A stretch of DNA of 64,000 nucleotides from NCBI GenBank assembly GCA_023410025.1, contig JAEYQM010000023.1:5-64004 (forward strand), in the 5' to 3' direction. Position numbers and translations under genes: made by a program. This document shows positions 10,272 to 20,066 of this stretch, piece by piece; position 1 is the stretch's first letter, and each line of letters starts with the position of its first letter. Below the pieces are notes generated by a model. That model ran no database searches. It was not told the DNA's origin and saw only the letters and a program-made list of their open reading frames with translations. Source of the stretch: Bacillota bacterium (GTDB taxonomy: Bacteria > Bacillota_I > Bacilli_A > ML615J-28 > CAG-698).

Positions 10272-11764
10272 ATATAATTATAAATATATCTATTATTTCA
10301 TCAATATTGACAGCATTATTAATATTTGAAGATTGTTTAAAACTATATCAAGAAACTCATTATAATTTAAAAGTATATATATCAAAAATTATTAAATATT
10401 ATAAAAAATACTTTTTATATCTATTTATTTACTTTCCTTTTTCTAACCTTTGGTATGTAAGTTTAATAAATATAACAGTAAGTTTACTAGTATTAATAAA
10501 ATATGTTAATAAAAAAACAATAAAACATCTAAAGTTTACAACAAGAATTTTAAGACAATGTATTGTAATAGGTGCATTAATATTTAGTATAAAATATATA
10601 TATAAAGATCTAACAAATATATTAACGCTAACAAATTTTATAGCATATCTTTTAGTATTTGTAAGTGGAATTATATTGTTGCCAATTGAGTCTTTAATAA
10701 GACAATATTACAGAAATAAAAGCAAAAGTAAAATAAAAAAATTTAATCCTTTTGTTATTGGTATAACGGGTAGTTGTGGGAAAACAAGTATTAAAAATTA
10801 TCTATACGCAATTCTCAATAGTAAATATAATTGCTATATAACACCAAAATCGTATAATACAATTAACGGAATATCACTAACAATTAATAATCTTTTAAAA
10901 CATGAAGATGCTTTATTTATTTTAGAAATGGGAGCATCAAAGAAAAACGATATTAAACAAATAGTAAATTATATAAAGCCTAATATAGCTATAGTATCAG
11001 AAATTACCAACCAACATATAAATACATTTAAAAATATTGAAACAATTCTAGAAGAAAAAATGAAAATAATTGAAAATATGGATAGTGATGGAGTTGGATA
11101 TATTAATTATGATAATAAATATATTCAAAATTATGTTTTTAAAAATGTTCATAAAATTGTAAAATGTGGAACAAGCAGAGATTGTGATTGTTATGCATAT
11201 AACATTAAACATACATTAAAAGGTCTAGAATTTTCTATAAAATATAGAAATATTGAATTTGATATTTCTACAAAACTTGTTGGTATACATAATGTAAATA
11301 ATCTTTGTATATCGATTGCAATTGCAATTGATATGGGAATTACCATCGATACCCTAAAATCGATTCTAGAAGAAATTTCAAACCATGAACACCGTTTAGA
11401 AATCAAGGAAACAAAATCATTAACGATAATTGACGATTCATATAATTCTAATCCAATTGGATTTCTAAATGCTTTAGATGTATTAGATCTTGCAGATAAC
11501 AAAAGAATATTAATTACACCAGGTATTGTAGATTGTGGAAAAATGGAATATGAAATAAACTATGGACTAGCAAAAAAAATAAGTGAGGTATGTGATGAAG
11601 TCATACTTGTTAGTAATCAATCATCACAGCATATTAAAAAAGGATTAGATGATTTAGGATATACAAAATATAAAATAGTAACAAATTTCAAAGAAGCAAT
11701 ATCCTTAGTCAATGAAGGAACGCTTTTAATTGAAAATGATTTAACTGATGGATATTTTATATAA
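10268..11764 (+). CDS. murF: UDP-N-acetylmuramoyl-tripeptide--D-alanyl-D-alanine ligase (MurF) with an N-terminal polytopic membrane extension
   Basis: Mur ligase P-loop ITGSCGKTS and the MurF C-terminal hallmark DDSYNSNP. The first ~165 aa are hydrophobic (4-5 TM segments), unlike canonical MurF N-domains. Confidence 0.8.
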   Translation: MNIIINISIISSILTALLIFEDCLKLYQETHYNLKVYISKIIKYYKKYFLYLFIYFPFSNLWYVSLINITVSLLVLIKYVNKKTIKHLKFTTRILRQCIVIGALIFSIKYIYKDLTNILTLTNFIAYLLVFVSGIILLPIESLIRQYYRNKSKSKIKKFNPFVIGITGSCGKTSIKNYLYAILNSKYNCYITPKSYNTINGISLTINNLLKHEDALFILEMGASKKNDIKQIVNYIKPNIAIVSEITNQHINTFKNIETILEEKMKIIENMDSDGVGYINYDNKYIQNYVFKNVHKIVKCGTSRDCDCYAYNIKHTLKGLEFSIKYRNIEFDISTKLVGIHNVNNLCISIAIAIDMGITIDTLKSILEEISNHEHRLEIKETKSLTIIDDSYNSNPIGFLNALDVLDLADNKRILITPGIVDCGKMEYEINYGLAKKISEVCDEVILVSNQSSQHIKKGLDDLGYTKYKIVTNFKEAISLVNEGTLLIENDLTDGYFI

Positions 11765-11774
11765 GGGGGCATAT

Positions 11775-12839
11775 ATGCATATAGGTGTGTTATTTGGGGG
11801 AAAATCAGTTGAGCATGAAATATCTATTATTACAGGAATGCAAGTGCTGAAAAATATAAATACAAGTAAATATAAGGTTACACCAATTTACCTCACTAAA
11901 AATAATGAGTTTTTAATTGGGAAAAATTATGATACAATAGAAACATTTAAAAAACCAGTCAAAGGTAAAAAAGTATATTTTAAAAAAGGGAAAATTGGAA
12001 ATATATTTTTTAAAAAAATTGACTGTATTGTCAATTGCGTTCATGGTAAAAATGTTGAAGGGGGAGAGGTAGCAGGATTTTTTAATATTTTAGGAATACC
12101 TAATACTTCAATAGATGTATTAGGAGCAAGTATTTGCCAAGATAAAGCTATAATAAAAACAATATTAGAAAAAGAAAAAATACCTGTTGTTCCATATACT
12201 ACTATCCTAAAAAAAGATTATCGCGATAATAAAGAAAAAGTGTTAACAATTTTAAAAAATATTAGTTATCCGTTAATTATAAAACCATCTACCCTAGGAT
12301 CAAGTATTGGAATTAAAACTGTTAAGGATGAAATGGAATTATTAAATGCTATTAATTATGCATTTAGATATGATGATAAATTAATTGTTGAGAAAAAATT
12401 AGAAAAAATAAGGGAATTTAACTGTGCAATTATTAACGATAATGAAATAAGTTTAATTGAAGAAATTAGTTTTAAAGATGAAATATTTACATTTTCTGAT
12501 AAATACGAAAGCAAAGAATCAAAACGAATTATCCCTGCTGATATTCCAATTGAATTAGAAAAATTAATATATGACTATACATTAAAAACAGCAAAAATTA
12601 TTAATAATAAAGGTGTAATCAGAATTGATTATTTATATGATAATAATACTCTTTTTGTAAATGAAGTTAATACAATACCTGGAGCACTTGCATATTATTT
12701 ATTTGAACCAAAGAATATTTTCTTTGATTCACTTATAGATAAATTAATTACTAATGCAATATATGATCATTACACGAAGAATCAAAAACTAAATGTCTTT
12801 GAAAGTAATGTCTTAAATATGAGAGGTATAAAAAAATAA
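11775..12839 (+). CDS. ddl: D-alanine--D-alanine ligase
   Basis: N-terminal MHIGVLFGGKSVEHEISIITG and an ATP-grasp core. Start chosen at the ATG preceded by AAGGGGG (the upstream in-frame ATG lacks an RBS). Confidence 0.9.
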   Translation: MHIGVLFGGKSVEHEISIITGMQVLKNINTSKYKVTPIYLTKNNEFLIGKNYDTIETFKKPVKGKKVYFKKGKIGNIFFKKIDCIVNCVHGKNVEGGEVAGFFNILGIPNTSIDVLGASICQDKAIIKTILEKEKIPVVPYTTILKKDYRDNKEKVLTILKNISYPLIIKPSTLGSSIGIKTVKDEMELLNAINYAFRYDDKLIVEKKLEKIREFNCAIINDNEISLIEEISFKDEIFTFSDKYESKESKRIIPADIPIELEKLIYDYTLKTAKIINNKGVIRIDYLYDNNTLFVNEVNTIPGALAYYLFEPKNIFFDSLIDKLITNAIYDHYTKNQKLNVFESNVLNMRGIKK

Positions 12840-12844
12840 TCATA

Positions 12845-12876
12845 CCCTAAACTTCAAATGAGGTTTAGGGTATTTT
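12845..12876 (+). terminator. rho-independent terminator after ddl
   Basis: Stem ccctaaac / gtttaggg followed by TATTTT. Confidence 0.8.
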
Positions 12877-12937
12877 ATCATTTGATTAAGTTATAAATAA
12901 GATAATGTAAGTATAATTTAATTGCTTTGTAATCTTA

Positions 12938-12966
12938 TTGAAAAAAAATGAAAATGGGTATATAAT
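12938..12966 (+). promoter_or_regulatory. sigma-A-type promoter for tilS-hpt-ftsH (TTGAAA-17-TATAAT)
   Basis: TTGAAA at 12938-12943, 17-nt spacer, TATAAT at 12961-12966, then RBS ATAGGAGA before the tilS ATG. Confidence 0.6.
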
Positions 12967-12985
12967 ATATAAATAGGAGATTATT

Positions 12986-14302
12986 ATGCTTAATTTAATT
13001 GATGAAATACTTAATAAACATTCCTTAACGATTGCAAACCAAAAAATAGTAATTGGTGTCTCAACAGGTGTTGATTCAATGGTGTTACTAAACTTGTTAG
13101 AAAAAACAAACGCGGAAATAATAGTTTGTCATGTAAATCATAAGAAACGTTTGGAGTCAGATATTGAGGAAGAATTTATAAAAAAATATTGTTCTGAAAA
13201 GGGTATAAAACTATATATAAAATCTTTAAAAGGTTATATCTTTACAAGTAATTTTCAAGAGCAAGCAAGAGTCATTAGAACAAACTTCTTTTATGAGGTA
13301 ATGGAAAAAGAGAAATCAAAGTTTTTATTTTTAGCTCACCATTTAAATGATGACATGGAAACCTCTTTTATGAGAATTATAAGAGGTAGTAGTTTAAGTG
13401 GATTTAGCGGGATTAAAGAGTTAAGTTTTGATAATAATATATATATAATTAGACCGCTTTTATCAGTATTAAAGAAAGATATCATTGAATATGCAATTAC
13501 AAATGATATAAAATTCTTTGATGATAAATCAAACTTCACAAACGAATATACAAGAAATAGAATAAGACATAATTTAATTCCAATTCTTTTTGAAGAGAAC
13601 AAAAATTATGATAAAACATTTCTTGATTTTAAAGAAACATTGATTGGTGCTTCAAAACTTGTTGAGGAAGTAATTGATAATAAAATTAAAGAAATTATTA
13701 ATTTTAATAGCGAGTTTATTAAATTTGATAAATTTGATTTTTTATGTAATGATTTATTTGTTCAAAGAGAAATCTTATTCAAACTATTAAAACAATTTAG
13801 TTTTAGTAAAAAGAACATTGATGAAATAATTAAATACATAAATTCTGATAAACAAAATTTAAGATTGAATTATAAACAAATTGGCTTTTTAAAGGAGTAT
13901 AATGACATTTCAATTTATTATAAAAATTTAATTGATCAAGAATATCAAATAGTAGTTGATGAATTTAAAGATTATGTAATAAATGAAAAGTTCATACTTT
14001 CAGTTACCAAAAAAAATAACAATTTTATATCTAATCTTTCTAAAATATGGTATAATAGTAAAGACTTGCCAGTGGTGGTAAGAAATTATCACAATGGCGA
14101 TAGTTTAACTTTAGGATATGGAACCAAGAAGGTTAGTCGACTACTTATTGATAAAAAAGTACCAATCCAAAAAAGAAAAGAAACACTTGTTTTAGAAAAA
14201 GATGGTGAAATTCTTGCGGTATTTAATTATGCAAAAAGTATAAAACTTAATCCTAAGGATGAATACGATATGGTAATTGAATTGAAGGAGATTGTAAAAT
14301 GA
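12986..14302 (+). CDS. tilS: tRNA(Ile)-lysidine synthetase
   Basis: PP-loop SGGxDS-type motif (VSTGVDSMV). Conserved tilS-hpt-ftsH synteny of Firmicutes. Confidence 0.88.
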   Translation: MLNLIDEILNKHSLTIANQKIVIGVSTGVDSMVLLNLLEKTNAEIIVCHVNHKKRLESDIEEEFIKKYCSEKGIKLYIKSLKGYIFTSNFQEQARVIRTNFFYEVMEKEKSKFLFLAHHLNDDMETSFMRIIRGSSLSGFSGIKELSFDNNIYIIRPLLSVLKKDIIEYAITNDIKFFDDKSNFTNEYTRNRIRHNLIPILFEENKNYDKTFLDFKETLIGASKLVEEVIDNKIKEIINFNSEFIKFDKFDFLCNDLFVQREILFKLLKQFSFSKKNIDEIIKYINSDKQNLRLNYKQIGFLKEYNDISIYYKNLIDQEYQIVVDEFKDYVINEKFILSVTKKNNNFISNLSKIWYNSKDLPVVVRNYHNGDSLTLGYGTKKVSRLLIDKKVPIQKRKETLVLEKDGEILAVFNYAKSIKLNPKDEYDMVIELKEIVK

Positions 14303-14844
14303 CTATTAATCCATGTATTGAAGAAGTACTTCTTTCACACGAAATGATTGTGAAAAGATGTGAAGAACTTGGTGAAAGAATCACTAAGGATTATGAAGGA
14401 AAGACACCTATTCTAATTGGTTTGCTTAAAGGCGCTGTTCCTTTTATGGCAGAACTAATTAAACATATTAATTGCGATATGGAAATTGAATTCTTAGATG
14501 TATCAAGTTACGATGGTGTAGAATCAACTGGAAAAATTAAAATATTAAAAGATATAAATACAAATATTGAAAATCGTCATATAATCTTAGTTGATGATAT
14601 TATTGATACAGGTTTAACTTTACACGAAGTAATTAAATTGATGAAAGAAAGAAATGCATTATCAATTGAAACTGTAACTTTAGTTGATAAACCAGAAGGA
14701 CGTAAAATCACTGGTGCAGAACCTAAATATGTAGGTTATGTAATCCCAAATCGTTTTGTTGTAGGATTTGGTCTTGACTATAATGAATTATATCGTAATT
14801 TACCTTATATAGGGGTTTTAAAGCGTAGCGTTTACGAAAAATAA
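14299..14844 (+). CDS. hpt: hypoxanthine-guanine phosphoribosyltransferase
   Basis: PRPP-binding motif ILVDDIIDTGLTL; 181 aa; overlaps the tilS stop (ATGA). Confidence 0.9.
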   Translation: MTINPCIEEVLLSHEMIVKRCEELGERITKDYEGKTPILIGLLKGAVPFMAELIKHINCDMEIEFLDVSSYDGVESTGKIKILKDINTNIENRHIILVDDIIDTGLTLHEVIKLMKERNALSIETVTLVDKPEGRKITGAEPKYVGYVIPNRFVVGFGLDYNELYRNLPYIGVLKRSVYEK

Positions 14845-14855
14845 AGGAGGAAAAG

Positions 14856-16850
14856 ATGTCTCAAGTTCCAAATAAAAAATCAGGAATGTTCTCAAAAAGA
14901 GACTTTGGATTAATTTTAATAATCACAATGGTAATCATTGGTATAATTGTATTGATTAGCCAAAATGCAAATAAACCGGATGAATTAACGCCAATTGACT
15001 TAATAACTTATGCTGAGTCTGGTGCAGTTAGTGAAATAATAATAACTCCAGCAGGAAGTGGTGCTAATAGTAGTTTATACTATGCCACTGGGCAATATAA
15101 AGTTGATGGTGAAACAAAATCATTTGTAAGTTTATTAATTGTAGATTATGTAGATTTATTAATACAAATTAATGCGGATAATAGTGCATCATTTACACTT
15201 GAATTTAAAGAGTTAAATGAAATTGACATAGCTGGATTAATAATGTCAATTGTATTACCAATAGGATTAGTAGTATTCCTTGTAATAATATTTAAAAATT
15301 CAGCAGGTGGAAACAATAAAGCATTTGATTTCGCAAAGAGTAGAGCTAAATTAAACCGTCAATCAACAACAACATTTAAGGATGTTGCTGGTGCTGATGA
15401 AGAAAAAGAAGAAATGCAAGAAATTATTGATTTCTTGAAGTTTCCTAAAAAATACTTTGAAATTGGTGCTCGTATTCCTAAGGGTATCTTATTATCTGGT
15501 CCACCAGGAACAGGTAAAACATTACTTGCTCGTGCAGTAGCTGGAGAAGCAAAAGTTCCTTTCTACTCAATATCTGGATCTGACTTCGTTGAAATGTTTG
15601 TCGGAGTTGGTGCAAGCCGTGTAAGAGATATGTTTAAGGTTGCAAAACAAACTGCACCATGTATTGTTTTTATAGATGAAATTGATGCTGTAGGTAGACA
15701 AAGAGGAGCTGGTTTAGGTGGAGGTCACGATGAACGTGAACAAACATTAAACCAATTACTAGTTGAAATGGATGGATTTGGTGATAACAGTGGTGTAATT
15801 ATTATGGCTGCAACAAACAGACCAGATGTACTAGACCCTGCATTACTTCGTCCAGGACGATTTGACCGTCAAATTACAATGAGTAATCCTGACGTTCGTG
15901 GAAGAACTGAAATATTAAAAGTACATGCACGTAATAAAAAATTATCTCCAAAGATAAACTTAGAAGATATATCTAAGAGAACACCAGGATTTAGTGGTGC
16001 TGATCTTGAAAACTTACTTAATGAAGCTGCCTTACTTGCTGCAAGAGAAAATAGAAAAGAAATCAAAATTTATGATATTGATGAAGCTATTGACCGTGTT
16101 CTTATGGGACCAGCAAAGAGAAGTAGAAAATATAGTGAGTCTGAAAAAAGAATGGTTGCCTTCCATGAAGCTGGTCATGCAATTTTAGGATTAAAACTTG
16201 ATAGCGCTGAAGTAGTTCAAAAGGTAACAATCGTTCCACGTGGTCAAGCTGGTGGATATGCAATGATGACTCCTGAAGAAGAAAAATTCTTAGAAACAAA
16301 AACATCATTACTTGATAGAATTACAGGGTTACTTGGTGGACGTGTATCTGAAGAATTATATATTGGTGCAATTACTACAGGAGCTCATAATGACTTCCAA
16401 AAAGCAACAGCAATTGCCAGAGCAATGGTTGCTGAATACGGAATGAGTAAATTAGGTCCAATTCAATATGAACGTCAAGCTGGTTCAGTATTCTTAGGTA
16501 GAGATTATATGACAGATAAGAACTTCTCTGATCAAGTTGCCTTAGAAATTGACCATGAAGTAAGAGAAATAATCAATCAATGTTATGAAAGAGCAAAACA
16601 AGTATTAACAGAAAATAAAGATCTTTTATTCTTAGTTGCTGAACACTTAATTGAAATTGAAACTCTTACTAAAGAAGATATCTACGAACTTGTTAACACT
16701 GGTCAATTAAACTGGTGGGAAAAGAAAAAAGCTAAACAAGAAGCTGAAAAAATTGCTCAAGAAAAAGAAGCGGAACTTCAAGAAATATATAAAAAACAAC
16801 TTGAAGCAATGGAACAAGCTAAGAAGAATAATCAAGATACAGAGAACTAA
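14856..16850 (+). CDS. ftsH: ATP-dependent zinc metalloprotease FtsH
   Basis: Two N-terminal TM helices, AAA+ Walker A GPPGTGKT, second region of homology, HEAGH zinc motif, and a Lys/Glu-rich C-terminal tail; RBS AAGGAGG. Confidence 0.95.
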   Translation: MSQVPNKKSGMFSKRDFGLILIITMVIIGIIVLISQNANKPDELTPIDLITYAESGAVSEIIITPAGSGANSSLYYATGQYKVDGETKSFVSLLIVDYVDLLIQINADNSASFTLEFKELNEIDIAGLIMSIVLPIGLVVFLVIIFKNSAGGNNKAFDFAKSRAKLNRQSTTTFKDVAGADEEKEEMQEIIDFLKFPKKYFEIGARIPKGILLSGPPGTGKTLLARAVAGEAKVPFYSISGSDFVEMFVGVGASRVRDMFKVAKQTAPCIVFIDEIDAVGRQRGAGLGGGHDEREQTLNQLLVEMDGFGDNSGVIIMAATNRPDVLDPALLRPGRFDRQITMSNPDVRGRTEILKVHARNKKLSPKINLEDISKRTPGFSGADLENLLNEAALLAARENRKEIKIYDIDEAIDRVLMGPAKRSRKYSESEKRMVAFHEAGHAILGLKLDSAEVVQKVTIVPRGQAGGYAMMTPEEEKFLETKTSLLDRITGLLGGRVSEELYIGAITTGAHNDFQKATAIARAMVAEYGMSKLGPIQYERQAGSVFLGRDYMTDKNFSDQVALEIDHEVREIINQCYERAKQVLTENKDLLFLVAEHLIEIETLTKEDIYELVNTGQLNWWEKKKAKQEAEKIAQEKEAELQEIYKKQLEAMEQAKKNNQDTEN

Positions 16851-16852
16851 TT

Positions 16853-17119
16853 ATGAGATTAGATAAATTTCTAAAAGTTTCAAGATTAATTAAAAGAAGA
16901 ACAGTAGCCAGTGAAGCTGCAAAGGATGAAAAAATTTTTGTTAATAATAAATTAGCAAAACCATCTACTGTTTTAAAAGTAGATGATGTTATTCAAATTA
17001 ATTATTTCAGAAAAACAGTTACTGTAAGAGTTAAAGCCCTCATCTCTTCAACAAAAAAAGAAGATGCAGATCAAATGTTTGAAATAATAGAAATAAAAGA
17101 AAATGAGGCAGTTAATTAA
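16853..17119 (+). CDS. RNA-binding S4-domain protein (YabO/RqcP/Hsp15-like)
   Basis: 88 aa with an S4 motif (MRLDKFLKVSRLIKRR...); start overlaps the ftsH stop. Confidence 0.75.
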   Translation: MRLDKFLKVSRLIKRRTVASEAAKDEKIFVNNKLAKPSTVLKVDDVIQINYFRKTVTVRVKALISSTKKEDADQMFEIIEIKENEAVN

Positions 17120-17135
17120 ATTAACTGCCCTTAAT
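17108..17135 (+). terminator. probable intrinsic terminator overlapping the stop of the S4-domain gene
   Basis: Stem gcagttaa / ttaactgc (loop ttaa) followed by a weak T-rich run. Confidence 0.5.
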
Positions 17136-17160
17136 TATAAAAATATAAAGTGAGGAAAAT

Positions 17161-18453
17161 ATGAGAAAAGAATTAAAGATAGCAATCATTGGCTCTGGTA
17201 GTACATACACTCCAGAAATTATTGAAGGATTTATAAACAAAAAAGATTCACTTCCACTTAGAAAATTATACCTAATGGATATCGATTCTAGAAAACTAAA
17301 CATTGTTGGAAATCTATGCAAGAGAATGGTTGAATTTGCAAAATTAGATTGCGAAGTTGTATTAACTCAAAATCTTGATGAAGCATTAGAGGGTGCAGAT
17401 TTCGTATTAGCTCAAATTCGTGTTGGTAAATTACCAGCTAGAGTATTAGATGAAAAAATTCCACTAAAATATAATTTAATTGGTCAAGAAACAAATGGTA
17501 TTGGTGGGTTCTTTAAAGGGTTAAGAACAATTCCTGTAATCTTAGAAATTACTAAAAAAATGGAAAAATTATGTCCTGATGCTTGGTTAATTAATTTTAG
17601 TAACCCAGCTGGTATGATAACTGATGCAGTATTAAATCATTCAAAAATTAAAATGTTAGGTTTATGTAATGTTCCACTAAACATGATTGACAGTTTAAAG
17701 AAACGTTTAGGCTTACAAAGTGCCCAAGTTGAATATGTAGGATTAAACCACTTAAGTTGGGTTACATCAATTGTTAGTGATGGAAAAGATTACTTACAAA
17801 CAGCAATTAAAGAAGGAATCAATAGCGAAGCTATGAAGAATATTCCAGCAAGTGGATTTACACCTGAATTAATAAAAACAGTTGGTGCAATTCCATCTTC
17901 ATACTTAGAATATTACTATTACAAAGATCACAAATTAGAAAATGCTAAGAATGCTGAAAAGTGCCGTGGCGAAGTATGTATGGGAATTGAAGAAAACTTA
18001 CTAGAAATCTATTCAGATAGTGAAGTCCATGTAAAACCAGAACTTTTAGGTAAACGTGGGGGATCAAGATACAGTGAAGTTGCTATTAACTTAGTTGACT
18101 CAATTTATAATGACCGTGGCGATGTTCAAGTTGTTAACTGCTTAAATAATGGTGCAATTCCATTTATGGCAGATAATGATGCAATTGAAATTAGTGCAAT
18201 TATCGATAAAGATGGTGCACATCCAATTAAAGCAAACTTTGAAAATGATCATATTAAAGAATATATGTTAATGATGAAAGCATACGAAAAACATGCTATT
18301 AATGCTGCGATTAACGGTGATGAGGATGAAGCAGTTAGAGCTTTATTAATAAACCCATTAGTTGGTGATTACAAGAGCTTCTATCCTTGCTTTAAAGAAT
18401 TACTAGAAGTTCATAAAGAATACTTACCTAACTTCTTTAAAGGAGAAAAATAG
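17161..18453 (+). CDS. glycoside hydrolase family 4 (NAD+/Mn2+-dependent 6-phospho-glucosidase or alpha-glucosidase type)
   Basis: N-terminal Rossmann motif KIAIIGSGSTYTPEI and GH4-family similarity; 430 aa. Confidence 0.85.
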   Translation: MRKELKIAIIGSGSTYTPEIIEGFINKKDSLPLRKLYLMDIDSRKLNIVGNLCKRMVEFAKLDCEVVLTQNLDEALEGADFVLAQIRVGKLPARVLDEKIPLKYNLIGQETNGIGGFFKGLRTIPVILEITKKMEKLCPDAWLINFSNPAGMITDAVLNHSKIKMLGLCNVPLNMIDSLKKRLGLQSAQVEYVGLNHLSWVTSIVSDGKDYLQTAIKEGINSEAMKNIPASGFTPELIKTVGAIPSSYLEYYYYKDHKLENAKNAEKCRGEVCMGIEENLLEIYSDSEVHVKPELLGKRGGSRYSEVAINLVDSIYNDRGDVQVVNCLNNGAIPFMADNDAIEISAIIDKDGAHPIKANFENDHIKEYMLMMKAYEKHAINAAINGDEDEAVRALLINPLVGDYKSFYPCFKELLEVHKEYLPNFFKGEK

Positions 18454-19460
18454 TGTATATTTTAGGTGTAGACGGAGGAAATACAAAGACGGATTACTAT
18501 TTATTTGATGTAAATGGTAAGTTTGTAGATTTTTATCGTGGGGGAACTTGTTCACATGAAGGTTTAAAAGATAGTTTTGAAGGAAGCTATCGTGTTATGA
18601 AAGAAGTTTTAGACAATTTTTTTAATAAAAACAATATAAATGTGGATAACATTAGTGCAGCGGTGTTTGGTTTGGCTGGAGTCGATACACCTTTCCAAAA
18701 AACTAAACTTGAAGAAGTTGTACAAAGATTAGGATTTAAAAATTATAGAGTAGTAAATGATTCATTCTTAGGAATTAAAGCCGGCACTGATAATGGTGTA
18801 GGTGTATGTTCTATTAATGGTACAGGTACTTCAAGTGGTGGAATTGATGACGAAGGAAACTACTTACAAGTTGGTGGCATCGGAGCAATCGTTGGTGATG
18901 AAGCTGGGGGATATCATTTATCAAGAATGGCAATTAGAGCTTGTTTTGATGAATGTTATCGATTTGGTAAGAAGACATCACTTACTCCAATTGTCTTTGA
19001 CCTACTAGGGGTAACTGATAAGTATTATTTAATGGAAAGAATTAGTGACTACTACTTAACAAGAAAAGTTGATTATACAATTCTAACAAAAGCGATATTT
19101 GACGAAGCTAACAAGAAAGATGAAGTATCACTTGAAATTCTCTCAAAAACAGCCGAAAATTTGGCCCGTAGTGCAGGAGGAGCAGTTGCCAGTCTAATTT
19201 ATAGGGGTCGTCCTCAAATCGTTTTAGCGGGAAGTGTTTGGGTCAAAGGCTCTTGTCCTCATATGATAAATGAATTTAAAAGATTTATCAATGAATTTAC
19301 AAAAAGAGATTGTGATATTAGAGTTTTAACTGTTCCACCAGCAACTGGAGCAATTATTTGGGCCCTTGAATTACATAACAATGCATTCCCAACACTAGAA
19401 GTTAGAAATGATATAATTAAACAAGTTGAAATCGAATTACAAAAACAAGAAGCGAAATAA
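18453..19460 (+). CDS. BadF/BadG/BcrA/BcrD-type ATPase (N-acetylglucosamine kinase-like sugar kinase)
   Basis: ASKHA-fold N-terminus ILGVDGGNTKT; start overlaps the GH4 stop. Confidence 0.7.
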   Translation: MYILGVDGGNTKTDYYLFDVNGKFVDFYRGGTCSHEGLKDSFEGSYRVMKEVLDNFFNKNNINVDNISAAVFGLAGVDTPFQKTKLEEVVQRLGFKNYRVVNDSFLGIKAGTDNGVGVCSINGTGTSSGGIDDEGNYLQVGGIGAIVGDEAGGYHLSRMAIRACFDECYRFGKKTSLTPIVFDLLGVTDKYYLMERISDYYLTRKVDYTILTKAIFDEANKKDEVSLEILSKTAENLARSAGGAVASLIYRGRPQIVLAGSVWVKGSCPHMINEFKRFINEFTKRDCDIRVLTVPPATGAIIWALELHNNAFPTLEVRNDIIKQVEIELQKQEAK

Positions 19461-19490
19461 TGCTTCTTTTTGTTTAGATGGAGTAAATAA

Positions 19491-20054
19491 ATGAAAATTA
19501 TTTTAGGATCACAATCCCCAAGAAGAAAAGAATTACTAGAACTTTTAGGATATGAATTTACTGTCATTTCCCCTAATGTTGATGAAGTAGTAGAATATAG
19601 TAATTATGTTGAAATGGTAGAAAAAATTGCAATAAAAAAAGCCAATTTTATTAACCTAAATCATAAGGAAGAATTAATTATATGTGCTGATACAATTGTT
19701 GTATGTAATGATCAATGCTTTGGAAAACCAAAAACTAAAGAAGAAGCCTACAAAATGATTCAAAGAATATCGGGAAAAGCTCATAGTGTTTATACGGCAG
19801 TTGCTTGTATTTATAAGGATAGTTTGTATAGTTTTGTTGAAGAGACAAAATGCTATGTAACTGAAATGTCAGATGAGGAAATAAATGAATATATATCAAC
19901 AAAAGAGCCTTATGATAAGGCTGGTGGATATGGTATTCAGGGCATATTTGCTAAATATATCGAAAAAATTGATGGTGACTATTATAATGTAATGGGTCTT
20001 CCTATATGTCGATTAAATAAGTTAATCAAGGAAATTAAAAACTCTCACTTTTAG
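19491..20054 (+). CDS. maf: Maf-like nucleoside triphosphate pyrophosphatase (septum formation protein Maf)
   Basis: N-terminal ILGSQSPRRKELL motif, 187 aa. Confidence 0.88.
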   Translation: MKIILGSQSPRRKELLELLGYEFTVISPNVDEVVEYSNYVEMVEKIAIKKANFINLNHKEELIICADTIVVCNDQCFGKPKTKEEAYKMIQRISGKAHSVYTAVACIYKDSLYSFVEETKCYVTEMSDEEINEYISTKEPYDKAGGYGIQGIFAKYIEKIDGDYYNVMGLPICRLNKLIKEIKNSHF

Positions 20055-20066
20055 TGAGAGTTTTCT
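20038..20066. terminator. bidirectional terminator between maf and the convergent M42 peptidase gene
   Basis: Palindrome ctctcactttt agtgagag flanked by A- and T-runs on both strands. Confidence 0.7.

Noticed and set aside
10268-10765. N-terminal membrane region of murF as an artefact of a frameshift or a separate upstream small gene
   Set aside because: The region is in frame from an ATGA-coupled start with no stop or alternative Met before the P-loop, so it is most simply an integral part of the protein. It is kept as a finding rather than rejected outright.
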